64,000 nucleotides of DNA, taken from Patellaria atrata CBS 101060 (Eukaryota). Every line of letters begins with the position of its first letter. Position 1 is the stretch's first letter. The translations under genes were made by a program, and so were the position numbers. The stretch spans positions 1,076,004 to 1,140,003 of the forward strand of contig MU006096.1 in assembly GCA_010093705.1 (NCBI GenBank), in the 5' to 3' direction. Shown here one piece after another: positions 39,076 through 51,565 of the stretch. Below the pieces are notes generated by a model, which ran no database searches, was not told where the DNA came from, and saw nothing but the letters and a program-made list of their open reading frames with translations.

Positions 39076-40451
39076 TTGAGCCTCTTAAACCTCCCCATCG
39101 AATTAATAGAACTTATAGTTGGCTCATTGGACTGACGATCTCCTAGATCTACGATTATGATGCAGGACTCTCAATTCGAAGGCTTGGCCGTCTTTCATCA
39201 AGACATTCTTCAGTTGCCGTCAACACTTGCTCTCCCCGACATGGCCTGCAGAATCCGGTTGATATTTCCACCTCTGATTTAGGGAAGCATCTTCATATCG
39301 TTATCATCGGCCCAATGAATGTTAGAGATGACTAATCAGTCGACTTCCAATCTAGGAATCGAGAGAGAGAAAGGAGATTCATACGCTATATGAATGAAGA
39401 GATATGTATGCAGAGATCTGGTACTGATCGCCAAATGCTCACGTGTGCCTTTCCAAACCTCCCAAATTTTAGAGTACTGTATATTGGAGATTGGGATCCC
39501 ACAAATAATGTTTATGGCATGACGGTAGCGACTTATGGGTTCATGATGATGTTGATAAAGAATTGGTATCATTCGACTAAGAGCTATAGAATCTTTTGCG
39601 GCTCTGTGGAGAAGCTGTTTACGACGGCTCTATACGCAGCAAGAGATGTCCATATATCACTCGAAGCTCTGGTTATCCACCCCTCTCTTCCCATCAAGTC
39701 ATGCGAATCGCGCCTGATTCTTCCCACGTGGGACTTACACTCGCTCAAGCATACAATCGGCAACCTTAGAACTTTAAGTTTATCGCTTGGAACCCAAGAC
39801 GTATCACAATCCAGGCACCTCAAATATTTTACATCCTCCTTACGCAAATTTCTCGAAAGCACACCAGAAATCACTGATTTCAGCCTCCAGATGAAGTTTT
39901 TCAGTGACTTGGATGTGTTCTTTACCAATCTCTCTCTTAGTGTGGAAAAGAAATGGCTGCTGTCTAAGTTACGTTCTTTCAGCTTGCTCGATTGTTCCAT
40001 CAATAAATTGCCTTTTTCCCAATTCATTCTCAACTTCAAAGAATCTCTGAGGACCCTCTGTACGGAGTGGGTTGACTTCACGTGTGCAGAAAACTAGGAA
40101 CTCTTCCTGGCGGACTTACGGGATTCCTTTTCTCTCACTTCTCTCAATCTAGATAAAGTCTCCGCAAATAGAAAACGGTCAATAAACTTCAAGGAACCCG
40201 AAGGGTACGAGGGTAATATACACGATGTGCAACTCATAGCGCGGTCCTCCATATATTGTAAAGGATCGCACATCAACAAGTTCCTCAATGATGTGATAGA
40301 GAACATCGATTACCACTCCCCCTACCCTACCACCCCCAAGAAAGGAGAGGATGATGGAGATTATGACGACGAGGAGCAACATTTCACAAACATCAATATG
40401 GCGACCCACCATGCAGATATGGCGAACCCCTTAAAGTTGGTATCTTATTGA
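39076..40451 (+). pseudogene. Degraded F-box domain protein gene
   Basis: F-box-like LSLLNLPIELIELIVGSLD / DLLDLRL*CRTL broken by two frameshifts. Stops at 39158, 39333 and 40095. ORFs 39390-40097 and 40227-40451 share one frame. Confidence 0.7.
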
Positions 40452-40694
40452 TTTAACGATGATGGAAGCTTCAAAACTTGCCTACAAGCCTGTAATGCAT
40501 TGGTTATAGTGTATTATTTCAAGTATTTTAGTATACATCTCTCAATTTCAAGTGCAGAGCATCCTACAACGGAAGATTTCATCGACTGCTGCGATACGCC
40601 GTTAGTTCCAATGGACTTAAATCAACGATACGTTATGAGACTTTGGTTCACAATTAAAAAACTATCTAATCCGAAGAAGGATGTCCAGTGCTCA

Positions 40695-41350
40695 ATTCAC
40701 TGTCAGCAAAGGTCCTATATGCTCCTTCAAAGACAGGTTGGTCATACCTGTTTTTACTCCATATGAAATTTTGTTTTTGCGTTCCATATACCGCATCATC
40801 TTTTCAGCATTTTTCCTGAGCATCGCATCGGGGAAAGTTTTAGGGTTCAGCAACTTTTGGTCGGTACCATCAACACACCAGGACGACGCAAGAACAAATT
40901 GGGAGACTGAAGCACTCTGGCCCGCTTTTAGGAGATTCTATACCCCCTGTAAAGCCCCAAGTCCCCTGACTCTGACACTCTCGGTATTGTTGTTTGGACG
41001 GTTTAAGCATAAGCGCACGATACCCGCAACCCCTATTCAGACTTAGCAAGTCCTCACACAGAAGACGCAAGAACACTACCTTTAATAACCTCGTTAAAAC
41101 TATATCTATCCGCCATCACACTCACGGTGGCAAACTCAAAGCTCCCCCCATACCTCTCAAAAAGTTCATTAAACCATTCCTTCTGCTTCGCCGCCCGGGA
41201 CGTCACACGGACTTTATACCCGAACTTGCCTCGTTGACGTAGCCGAACATGACGTTGAGGATCCCGTACTTGGTTGTCGGGTAGGCCGAAGTGATGGTCG
41301 TTGCCGAGACCGTACGGGGACTGTTGAACGAGACCGTTGATTGATGTGTA
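40695..41350 (-). pseudogene. Degraded NAD(P)-dependent epimerase/aldehyde reductase (Gre2/Ari1-like) relic
   Basis: GYKVRVTSRAAKQKEWFNELFERYGGSFEF...FNEVIK, intron 41079-41033, then GVAGIV...LQGV*NLLKAGQSASVSQFVLASS. In-frame TAG at 40938-40940. No intact glycine-rich N-terminal motif. Confidence 0.55.
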
Positions 41351-42063
41351 CTGTACAATCGGTCGAGGATATCGTGGAGAATATCCAGGTTGTTAGTGGT
41401 CGTACGACGTGGGCCGAACCCTACCGTTGGGGAGTAATGTCGTACGAAAGCATCGTCATGTTACGACAGTCATCCTTTATCGAATCGTCGCATGTATACT
41501 GTACGACTACTGGCGCTTATTTAACGGAAGCTGAGCGTATAAAAATAGGAGAATTCCTGGCCTCGGTTTACATTAGACGTTAATAGGATCTGTTAAGTAC
41601 ATAAAATCATGATATTGTAAAACACATTGGATACCTCGGGACACAACCCCTTACAAATCATAACGTGCTCGGAAACGGCCGAGACTCATTGAGTCCCCAT
41701 TGCATTATGAAACCTAGAAGGTCTAGGGAGTGGTGACTTGTCATCCTACCCCCGAACCTGAAATGCCGGTAGCTCAGATTAGAAATATAAAAGTATAATA
41801 TTTAAGAAATTTAAGGGAGTTAATGAACTTGAAAATTTTTTGAATTTAAGACCAGAACTAGAGAAATTTATATATCTTACACCTAGCTTACCCCTTTACT
41901 GATTAAGAGGAGAGTTGTAATTGTATCTCTTCTATTTGCACCAGCTTCACGACCACTTCCGCACACAGCAGTCGTAATAGCAACCTTCCATTCATATAAG
42001 AGCGTGCCACAAACACAACTCGGCTCTAGATTTTGGAACTTAAAACGAACCACACCCTAATGC

Positions 42064-43636
42064 TTAAGCGTCTCCAGCCACCTTACTCAACAAACTCGGC
42101 CTCCCACCAATATACAACCATGACACAACGGCCGTGACGAGACAGACGCCTGCAACGACGAGATTCATATTCCCATACCCAATACTATCCTTCAGGTGTC
42201 CCGAGATGAGCGGTCCAGCAGCCAATCCAGCGCTAAAAACCGCAGAGTTGATCCCGTACAGCTGGGCATAGGGTCCTTTGCTGCCGAATACTTCAGGGTT
42301 CATGGCGTAGTATCTCTCAGTCACGGCGCCGGACTCGACGATCGGAGGGGTGCCGATGAGCGCGAGCCCGAAGCCGTTCAGGGCGAGGAGGGAGGCGTAA
42401 AGGGCTATTTGCTTGGTTCCGCCTGGGTGCACCAGCCGGAGGAGAATGAACATGGGCGTGGCGTATAGGTAGCCGATGACGGAGGCTCCTTTGGTGCCGT
42501 ATTTGTCGACGGCCCAGCCTACAAAGGGGCCGAGTAGAAGATCTGTACCCCCGGGCCCGAGAAATAGGAGGCCTGCTTTCAAGGAGTCGAAACCGAAGTA
42601 GTCCCTCGCGACTGTAGGGATGGTGGCGTCGAAACTACCGAGGATGAAGGCTTGCACGAAGGTTTGCCAGGTTGCTGCAATGAGTGCCGGGTCTTTGAAG
42701 CAGATTAGGATGGGGAACTGTTTTATCCATTTGGAGTGCTGTTCTGGGAGGCGGTAAGGCGAGTCCTCGCGCTCTTCATTGGAGAGGAGAGGAGACTCTT
42801 CGTCGGTGGCTCCGTCAGTTGAACTGTATACTCTGTCTCCCTCATCGTTCGCCGATGTGGTGGATTCAACATCGGCGTCATGTACCGAGCTAGTTTCCGA
42901 CTCTGAGGACTGATAATAATCCGCATATCTCCTAGCAACTTTCTTTTCAATAACAAGTAATCGCATGAAGAAATCGATAGCTAAGAGAGATGCACCTAGG
43001 CCGAACACTCCTGAGTAACCAGACGCTCTGTAAAGCGCACCGCCTAAGACGGGCGCTGTTAGGGTTCCAATACCAATGAAACTAAAGATCTATTTCCATC
43101 AGCATCGACAAACTGAATCAGTTCTGCAAACTTACGGTACCAATGGCTTTCCCCATGTTTTCAGGCCCCACTGTCTCTAAGCACATTGCAAGACCAAGTG
43201 TCCAGACAATTGCTCCACTAACCCCCTGAAGGACTCTAGCGAGAGCAAGAGCCGCTACAGTTTGACCAGCAGCAAACATAAGCGTACCAGTTAACAAAAG
43301 GACGAGGCCTGCCATAAACGGGATCTGGCGGGAAGTTATCTTGTCTGCAGCCCACCCAACGATCGGTGATGCTATGACAGTAGAGGCTCCGTAAATAGCA
43401 AGCAAGTTCGAGACTTGGGACTGTATCTGGTCCGGTCCAAGATGGATCCGGTCTTCTAGCATGAACGGAGTGACAGGGACAACGAGAGCGTAGAGAAAGA
43501 TATCCGTAAACATGCCAATTCCTATGGAACTGATGATGAAGAATGTATTTGAGCGCCAATGGAGGCCCCACGGTGGTGTTTCATAGTGCCCGAATGCTAT
43601 GGAGCGTTTCCAGCCGGTTGAGATATATCCTCCCAT
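42064..43636 (-). CDS. MFS transporter (vesicular amine transporter-like), 2 exons
   Basis: WRSNTFFI, GMFTDIFLYALVVP, motif A GWAADKITSRQ, ARVLQGVS, GWAVDKYG and GPYAQLYG. About 12 hydrophobic segments. Intron about 43137-43090. Confidence 0.9.
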
Positions 43637-44552
43637 TTTTGAGATCTTCAAGCGACTGGTGGATGTAATGAAAATGAAGTGGTTTATATGATTGATTTTG
43701 TTCTAACAGTTCTTAGAAGTAGCATCTCGGTGAATAGCGAAAGCTATAACATGTTAATACGGGAAATAAGCTTGATGAGGAAGGCAGTACACACTTGTAC
43801 GTAGTGAAAAGAGAAAGTCAATATGAACCTCGCCCTACGTACGCCCTTCAAATGTACGCCAGCTTTTACCTCTATATGTGAAACAAATCTACCAAATGTA
43901 CAGTTAATGCGAGATGTGTACCTGATATATGTACCGTTTACACCCACTATATAATGGCCGTTAAAATTCGAGCTGAAGAGTAAAACGGTGGCGTACAGTA
44001 ATTCTGACCGTTCACGGTGACCGTATTGTTGGTCTATGACTGCATCATGCGTAGAGCGAAAACCATAAGGGTAATTCGCTAGCTGAGAGATGAATTATAC
44101 TTGGTATTAGAGAGTCATTCATATAAATGACTTTCAATTGGCCCTGGAAGTATTTTTAGGACGTATTTCATGTACTTTTTCTGTCCGCCACCGAATGTAG
44201 GAAGGAAGCACGGTTCGGCTCTTCCTTTCGTCTAGCACGCAAACATTTCGGACCAATGTAGGATTTTATCGGCCCGTTTGAGCATACTGGATGGTTAAAC
44301 GCATATTCTTAGGAATATCAGTAGTAGCAGAAAACATTCATATATACCCACTACTCTAGAACTACAACCGACAGTTGGAATGAAAGTTCACGGTCTCCAT
44401 CCACCAGCTCGGAGGTTGTCCCCACAACCTCATCAACACCTGAAAACACCTGCTCCGATGCCCCATCCCCAAATGCTCCTATTGACAATATAGACCCTCA
44501 TCATGCCCACGCTACGACGCCTATAGTCCCCCTTCAATGCAAATCGTGGAAC

Positions 44553-44693
44553 TTAAACGGGGCAAGACTGCGATCGTATCAGCAACTCCTCCTATACGCA
44601 AAAACGAGAGAATGAACCAACCGCGCCACAGGACGCACAAGTCTTCGAACCACTGCTGGGCGTATTGCATTTTGGGCAGGCCGAGGTATGCAT
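44553..44693 (-). CDS. 28-aa cysteine-rich micropeptide MHTSACPKCNTPSSGSKTCASCGASCPV, 2 exons
   Basis: Exon 1 44693-44622. 54-nt intron GTTGGT...GCTGAT...CAG (44621-44568). Exon 2 TCT TGC CCC GTT TAA. AAG-ATG start context and a TATAAA about 150 nt upstream. Confidence 0.7.
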
Positions 44694-45505
44694 CTTGCAA
44701 GCTTCTTTCGGGGATATGTAGTTTGATAGTTCCGCTGAAGTGGGTGCAGAGCTTTGATATTGCAACTGAGGTCGAGTTTGGATTTTAGGGATTGATAGCG
44801 GGGTAGGTAATTCAGTCAGGGAGGGCTAGACCTCCAACTTTATAGGATACTTATACTACAGATCGGGAGTGGCCGATGGGAGGTCCATGTGATCGAGTTT
44901 TAGCTGCTATAGGTGGGGTGCATTAAGGTTAAGGTAAGGATAGCTATCGGGAGCAATGGAAAAGCACTTTGGTATTATCGGTGAGGTTTAAGGTCATGGG
45001 TTCACGAAATTATCCTTATAGTGAGATGATGTGCGATGATCGTTTGTTAAATCAAATGGGTACAAGTACGAGGATAAGGTATTCATGTAGCAGCTATGTT
45101 AGGAACTGTGCTATAACCCCCTGATATGGTTCTCCTGAACCAGCGTAAGTCATCTCTTCCAACACTTTACCGTCAGTTCGCAAGATTAGAGTGAGAAATC
45201 GGAAGTAAGGTTTTTGTGGACAGAGAAAGACATCGTCATAGTATTCAAAGCTTGATGTGTGGTTATGTACTTGCAGACTCCAAATTCTATGCAAACGATT
45301 CCACGGTTACAATAGGGCAAGATACAACTCCATAGTGCACCCATTTGCATGCAATACTCCCTGACTCCAGAGCCAATGATGAACAAAGATAGAAATGCTA
45401 TTCATAAACTTTTCGAGAACCTCTCGCTAGAATGCAGACATGGACTCGTTATGGACATATAGAATATTTATAGACAAGAAGGATGGATAATTTTGTGATT
45501 CAGAA

Positions 45506-46951
45506 TCAGAAATGCGAACTCCACCTGAGACTAGCGTCTCTGGGAACCCAGAAGTCTTCGCTTTCACTATACAATTCCAGATCTTCGTTGGAGTTGTTAG
45601 GAGGGAGTTTTATTCGTGCTTCGATGGCGGGTGCAGAGACAAATCTAGACTTGAGTAGAGCTCTTGGATCTACCAGATCCTGTAGGATGTTAAGAGAGCT
45701 GTCCCGGACCATCAGTTGGTGTGAATTTGTGTCTTCTTTTCGGCGCATGTCGGTTCTGTGAAAGTTTTCATCAAATGGAGTCGAATCTTTAACTGGTACT
45801 GGTATGGATTCGCTGGATAAAATAGTTGAAAGGACCTTGCGTGATCTTCGTCGATGGAGCTCGGGGATTACAGCATGATCAGCTGCATCTGTACCTTCAA
45901 GTACCTGGAGTTGATGTTCGTATCCTGGGCCTGGCGTATAGAAGACAGATTCAGTCGAGTCGCCAGATCGTTCGGAAGTTGTTCGAGCCATCGATTTGCT
46001 CGAGCGCTTCTCACCAAGATGAGGCTCAGATGTTATCGGTGAGCTTGATTCCATATCTCGTTTCCGATATTGTTTATCCAAAGTATCCTCGCTGCCTACC
46101 ATAGTTGACTCGTCCGTCTGAGTTCTCCTTAATGACTCCTCAAGGAGTTTCTCGCTGACCCGCTGCCGTAACGTCGGTTCAAAGTGAGTACGACTACTTG
46201 CTCCGCTTCCACTTCGACTCCGGTTTGAATAGGCTCCGTCTGCTTTACTACTCATGAATTTGGGGGGTGGTGGGCGTTGGATCATCCACCGAGTGTCCTC
46301 TACGCCTAGTGGCATGCTGACTACCGGAGGGTGAAGGTCATTAACAGGGGCATTCGTGAAGCTAATAGAACGACGAGTAGTCGTACGAGCAGTGGGAGGC
46401 CTCGACACACCGGGGACCATGACGAAAGATCCGGCCGAGCTGGCAGTGAACGAACGAGCCGTCCTCGTCGTATTACCACCTATACGCCAGCTGGATCCCT
46501 CACTTCGTTGATGATCAATCCTTCCGCTGTTAGCGGTAACCCCTGTACCATCTAAGCCAATCCGGGAGTACGACGAAGGAGAGTTATGGTTGAAGTGCAT
46601 GTTAACACTACTTCCATTGGCGCTTTCCAGACTGCCCTGAGTTCCAGCTGACGTCAGACCCCTTGAGCTATTTGTTCGACTCCTTTTGCTCTTTCTGGGA
46701 GCCGGTCCCGGTCCAGCATCTATTTCAGCCTGCCAATATGGATTCGTAGCAAATGGTGCTGGTTGATGATATAGATCTGGTTGCTCCATTTGCAATTGAC
46801 CATTTTGTTCTCTGGATTTCTTCGCTTGTCTTCTCCGTCTCCTCTTACCAGCATACTCAGCCCAGGGTGTACAAGCAACGTAGTAGAAAAGGGCCGACTG
46901 AGCCCCTCGTAGTAACCAGTTACCAGGATGTTTTTGTTCGGTCGAAGGCAT
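45506..46951 (-). CDS. Hypothetical fungal protein, 481 aa
   Basis: Long ORF with conserved-looking islands QSALFYYVACTP, YHQPAPFATNPYW..EI..GPGP, PVNDLHPPVVS and WMIQRPPP in an S/R-rich background. Confidence 0.75.
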   Translation of the reverse strand: MPSTEQKHPGNWLLRGAQSALFYYVACTPWAEYAGKRRRRRQAKKSREQNGQLQMEQPDLYHQPAPFATNPYWQAEIDAGPGPAPRKSKRSRTNSSRGLTSAGTQGSLESANGSSVNMHFNHNSPSSYSRIGLDGTGVTANSGRIDHQRSEGSSWRIGGNTTRTARSFTASSAGSFVMVPGVSRPPTARTTTRRSISFTNAPVNDLHPPVVSMPLGVEDTRWMIQRPPPPKFMSSKADGAYSNRSRSGSGASSRTHFEPTLRQRVSEKLLEESLRRTQTDESTMVGSEDTLDKQYRKRDMESSSPITSEPHLGEKRSSKSMARTTSERSGDSTESVFYTPGPGYEHQLQVLEGTDAADHAVIPELHRRRSRKVLSTILSSESIPVPVKDSTPFDENFHRTDMRRKEDTNSHQLMVRDSSLNILQDLVDPRALLKSRFVSAPAIEARIKLPPNNSNEDLELYSESEDFWVPRDASLRWSSHF

Positions 46952-48575
46952 CGTGAAGAAACGAAGTATGGAAAAGGACCTATGTCGGCGTTCGATCCAG
47001 TCGACCGGTTCTTGTGCATACAGAGGTGTAAGGTAGGATACAAAGCGTGAGATGTTGTATATTAAACCGTCTATGATGTTGTGTATATAGTTGAGGGAGG
47101 ATTGAGGGAGTAATCAAGTTGTGATTGTCATACAGCCCACAAAGCCATGCCTTCCTCATCGGCGGTCGAGATCTGACCATTGGAAGGCGAGTGGAAGATC
47201 TTCTAGAAGGTGTAAGCCTTCAAAAGGAAGGTGTTGTAACGTAGCGTACATCCAGCGTACCCCTCGAATGGGTGAAGCGAGCATCGACGTGGTCCACCGG
47301 AGGCGCGGGATTATTGATGTAACGGTACCGCAGTGATTTGTCCGCTAATCGAGCAGGTCGATCTACGTCTTTACACAGTGTACAGTAGTGGTATCCCATG
47401 ATAAAATAGTAGTGCAACATGTCTAGTTCAGCGTTTCTCATATATGGAAAGTATGTTAGATTCAACTTAGACTATGAGATAGTCGTTAAGAAAAAGATCG
47501 TTCTACGGATGTCCACAACGTCCGCAATGCAGGGCCGTCGCCAAGCCACCGTAGCCATTCACGTGATATTAATCAGCCTATTATTCATATTTGACGTGCT
47601 AACGTTAGCAAGTCGCTCTTATATTGTAGTATACATAACTAGTATATTATAGCGAGTTTCAAAGACCAGAAACAGCTGGAGTTTGAGTGTTTTCTATTTG
47701 AATTCACGTGCTTTGATTAAGGGAACCCCCGGTGTGCGGATGAACTCCTTGTAAAGATTTCCTCCGTAAATCGTTGACCATCAAGCGGTCCAAACAATCT
47801 TCCGATGTATGGTATTGTCTTGAAACATCTCGGGTAGAGTTTTGAGTCCCCCTGTATTGTGGAGTTGAACTGTAATCTGACGTCGAGATCTGGCATGAAC
47901 CACTGTCCTCAGACTTGTAATATTCGGTCAGTCATCAGTCACTCGATATTCCGAACAGTTAGGATGGATTGAACTTAATCGATGGATGACTAGCATTGGT
48001 GAATATGCCGAAGCTGAGGTGAATAATGTTAGCAGGAGAGGACAGTTGATCTAACTCGGGATTGTAAGTAGATATGAATGGTTTCGATGTAGTGTGTCCA
48101 GTCCCCATGATAGAACCAGTAGTCTGAAAGTATAAACAATCCCCTTACATCTCAGCATAAAGCCCCGAACCTCAAAAAAACACCCTGCTATATTTGTCCA
48201 GAAATTCAGCGATATCTCATCCGCTTCGAAAAGATCGCAAGTCAAAATCTTATAGAAGAGAAGGAAGTGGGTTGATAAGAAGACATATAAACCATCAATA
48301 CAAAGGAGAATGTAAAGAGCAGAGAATGTGCGATCCCAAACTATAACCCTCCTCGTACTCATGAAGCCAAACCTACTATGCCATAAAAGAATTATGAAAA
48401 AATGGTAACCGACTCAAGCTGCACGCTCGAGAGAGAAAAGCCCACAAACGCCCTAAATGCGCCACGAAAATATGAAAGGCTCGTGGGCCAACGGCTAAGT
48501 TGCTAAAGCCGCTATCGTACAACCAGTCCCCAATGAATACTCCAGAAATGCAGATAGAAATAATTGAGGCCCAGT

Positions 48576-51193
48576 CTAAAAGTCATCGAGGTGAATTTCG
48601 TCAGGATTGGATGTGGCTTGGACCTGAACTTGAGGTGCCTTTTGTGGTACATTACCACCCTCTGGTCCCGTGCTCGCTGCTACAAAGCCGAGAGGCGCGC
48701 GGGCCTGCCGCTCCAGTGCCGCCATTGCATCAGCTTTCTCTTGTGCGGAATCAGGGATTCCGGAGCCGTTTGTAACGTTTTCGCCGTTCTGTTGCTGAGA
48801 GCGGGCCAGAGCTTGGGAAGCGATGAAGTTGACGTCGGTGCTTGAAAATTGTTAGTACAACGTTGCGTGCGTTTAAAGGGATGAAAAATATAAGAGACAT
48901 ACTTGTACTGTGCTTGCACACTCCTTTTAACTCTCAACATCTCCTTGAACGTGTCTTCATTGCCATGCTGCACCTCGAAGCTCTCCCACTTTTGCCAGAA
49001 CTGTGGACTTGTCCTCGGATCACAAAACTGGCTTGCGTGGCCGTAGATTGCTCTTGCACGGTCGATTTCACCTAGTCTCCTTTCCTGCTCGGCGAATTTG
49101 AGACACATCTCCTTTGCTTCATTATCAGGTAGCGCGGCAATAGCACGCTCGTAAATAGGTCTGGTAGATGTGAGGCCGAAGTTAGATGCAGATTTTGTGA
49201 TATAAAAGTTGAACATTTCCATTCTGTCTTCGTCCGCAACAGCCCGTGTTGCTCGCTCATAGATCCGCATAGCATGACGAGCGAGACCGCGCTCCTCTTC
49301 TAGTGCACCGTACATGAGATATAGTACCTTAGCGAATTTGGGTGGAACCTCTTCGACCGCTTGCTCAAACAGGTCACGGAGACGCTCAATACCAATTTTG
49401 CGGTCAACCGCTTTGGTGAGGTATAAGTTCCAAAGTTCGAATGCAACCGGGTAAGAAAACAGATCAAGGCCTCGTTCGTAGATCTTAAAGCTCTCTTCGA
49501 AGTATTTGTTCTCTTCCAATAAGTTGGCGTAGTTAACGACTGTTTGTGGTGTGGCGATTCGCAGTTCGAAAATACGTTCGTACACTTTCTTGGTCTCCTC
49601 TAAGGTGCTAACACTTTCGACAAGATCGACGTAGAAGGACCATAGCTTCCAACTCTTGTGCACGCGTTGCTGCGGAGAGAGCGTCTCGTCAAAATAGTCG
49701 ACGGTTGATCTTTTGGGAGCTTGCGTTGCTTTCGCCATAATCTCTACCGCTTTGTCGAAGTTCTCATTTCTGAGTTCCATTTCGGCCCATTCGCACCACA
49801 TCTCTGCAAGTTCTGCTACCGATTTGAAGGGTACCTTCACGGATTTCTCCATAATTACTCTTGCATTCCGAAGGTCGCCCCCATTCTCATAGAATTTAGC
49901 GTAGTTGGTCCAGAGTTCATGGAACCTCCCTACAGCTTTCTTTGGGTTTATTGCCGCAATAGCGTCGGTATAGGTTTGGACAATCTCCTCTTTGTTGTCG
50001 CCCCAGAGTCCCACACGCTTTTCCCATTCGCTAACATTGTTTGGATTCTGTCGGAGTAGGACATCGTTGATAAGAAACGGTCGACGATCCATAAGTTGTT
50101 CGAACCGCATCATCCGGATGTCGAGATCAAGATCTTGGTCTTCATCCAATTTGCCTTTATCTGAACGAGCAGCTGCTTCTTCCATTTTGATACTCATTAG
50201 AGCTTCTTCAGCTTCCGCATATGTATCGAATACGATAGTGAAGTCCCGAACAGTCATAACTGTTGTGATTCCCTCTTCGAATATATCTCTCGCCCTCTCG
50301 AAATCCCCCTTGTTGATCCAATATCTCGCCAAGCCTACCCATAGGATGCCTCTTTGATCAGAAAATCGTGCGATACCACTGCGGATGATCTTTTCCACGT
50401 CAATACCACTATCGTCGCCTGTTTCAATATCCTTCGCATGATCAATCATCAGTTCAATCATCTCTGTCCAGAATTGGAAAGGTCCCTTTGCTTCTTTGCT
50501 TTTGAATTTTGGGTTGTCTAAGATTTCCATGTACTTTTTCACAGCTTCAGTATACTGTCTCATATCAATCAGTAGCTCGATAAAATCTTCGACGTGCTCC
50601 GGATGGATTTGGAGATACCGTCTCCAGATTTTGATAGCGGTCTCGCCCGAAGCTGAGTTCGCGAACGGGCGATAAAGGGCCCATATTCGATTATGCTGTG
50701 TGACAGGCAATGCTCTAAGCGCCCTATCAAACGTCCTTCTTGTCGTCGTTACTAGTGGCTGCTTCATTAAGAACTCGAGATACATTTCCCAGATCTTCGG
50801 CATCTTATTCAGCAGCACCAACGCGCGCTCAAATAGAGCATTCACCTTAACAAACTGTGGCGCAAACTTGGCTGGATTACGATTCCGAAGATGTTTTGTC
50901 CTAAGTTCTAGGTACATCTTCCACAGCTTGTAACTACGAGGGAGAGTCGTGACGGCGCGCTCGAGTACAAAAGCTTGCTCAAGGAGAGTGCCGTGTTGCC
51001 GCTTGAACGCAACATAGTCGAGCCATGGTTTGATGCTGCCCGGTAGCCGGATGATATCTTGCTCGTATATGACATCGTTCTCGGATATTAGGTATAGGTG
51101 GGACATGGTGGTTGATGAGGCCGGTTTCGAAGCAGACTTTCTCCGGGGTAGTATGGAAGTGAGGGTCGTCGGCCTCAGAAGCTCTCCAGGCAT
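48576..51193 (-). CDS. SYF1: Pre-mRNA splicing factor Syf1 (HAT repeats), 2 exons
   Basis: YEQDI, LPRSYKLW, FERALVLLNKMPKIW, LLRQNPNNV, RIATPQ and [26 protein letters not shown]. The last exon ends NPDEIHLDDF*. Confidence 0.96.
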
Positions 51194-51565
51194 CGCTTCC
51201 AAATCGATGCTTGGGATGCACTGAGGACCGTCGATTGAGTGCAAAGAGAGGTTAAGGGAAGGGTGGGGGAGGGGTGCTGGTGAAGAAATTGGAGTCGACA
51301 GATGGTGGTTCGATCGGACGGCATTGATAATTGGTTTCAGTTTCTGCGAAACAGGTCAGAGCTGAAAAACGACAAGTCTTGCCGACCAGTGCCAAGACCC
51401 ATAGCTATCAACCCCCAACCTCAGTGATGATGTACCATGCGGCAACACTGTCATATTCGTGTTCAATTCTCTAAACTTCAGACGATACTTCTACCAGGAC
51501 CCGACCGAGGCTGAACAATATTTAGCGACAACCTCTGAAACTCAGTCTCGAACGATCTAGCAACA

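Noticed and set aside
41775..41910. AT/TpA-rich patch suggesting a RIP-degraded element
   Set aside because: Too short, with no terminal repeats or transposase remnants visible.
51424..51537. C/D snoRNA candidate (GTGATGA...CTGA) between SYF1 and VMA8
   Set aside because: No convincing terminal stem or recognisable rRNA guide. It lies in the VMA8 promoter/leader. A snoscan or Rfam search would be needed.
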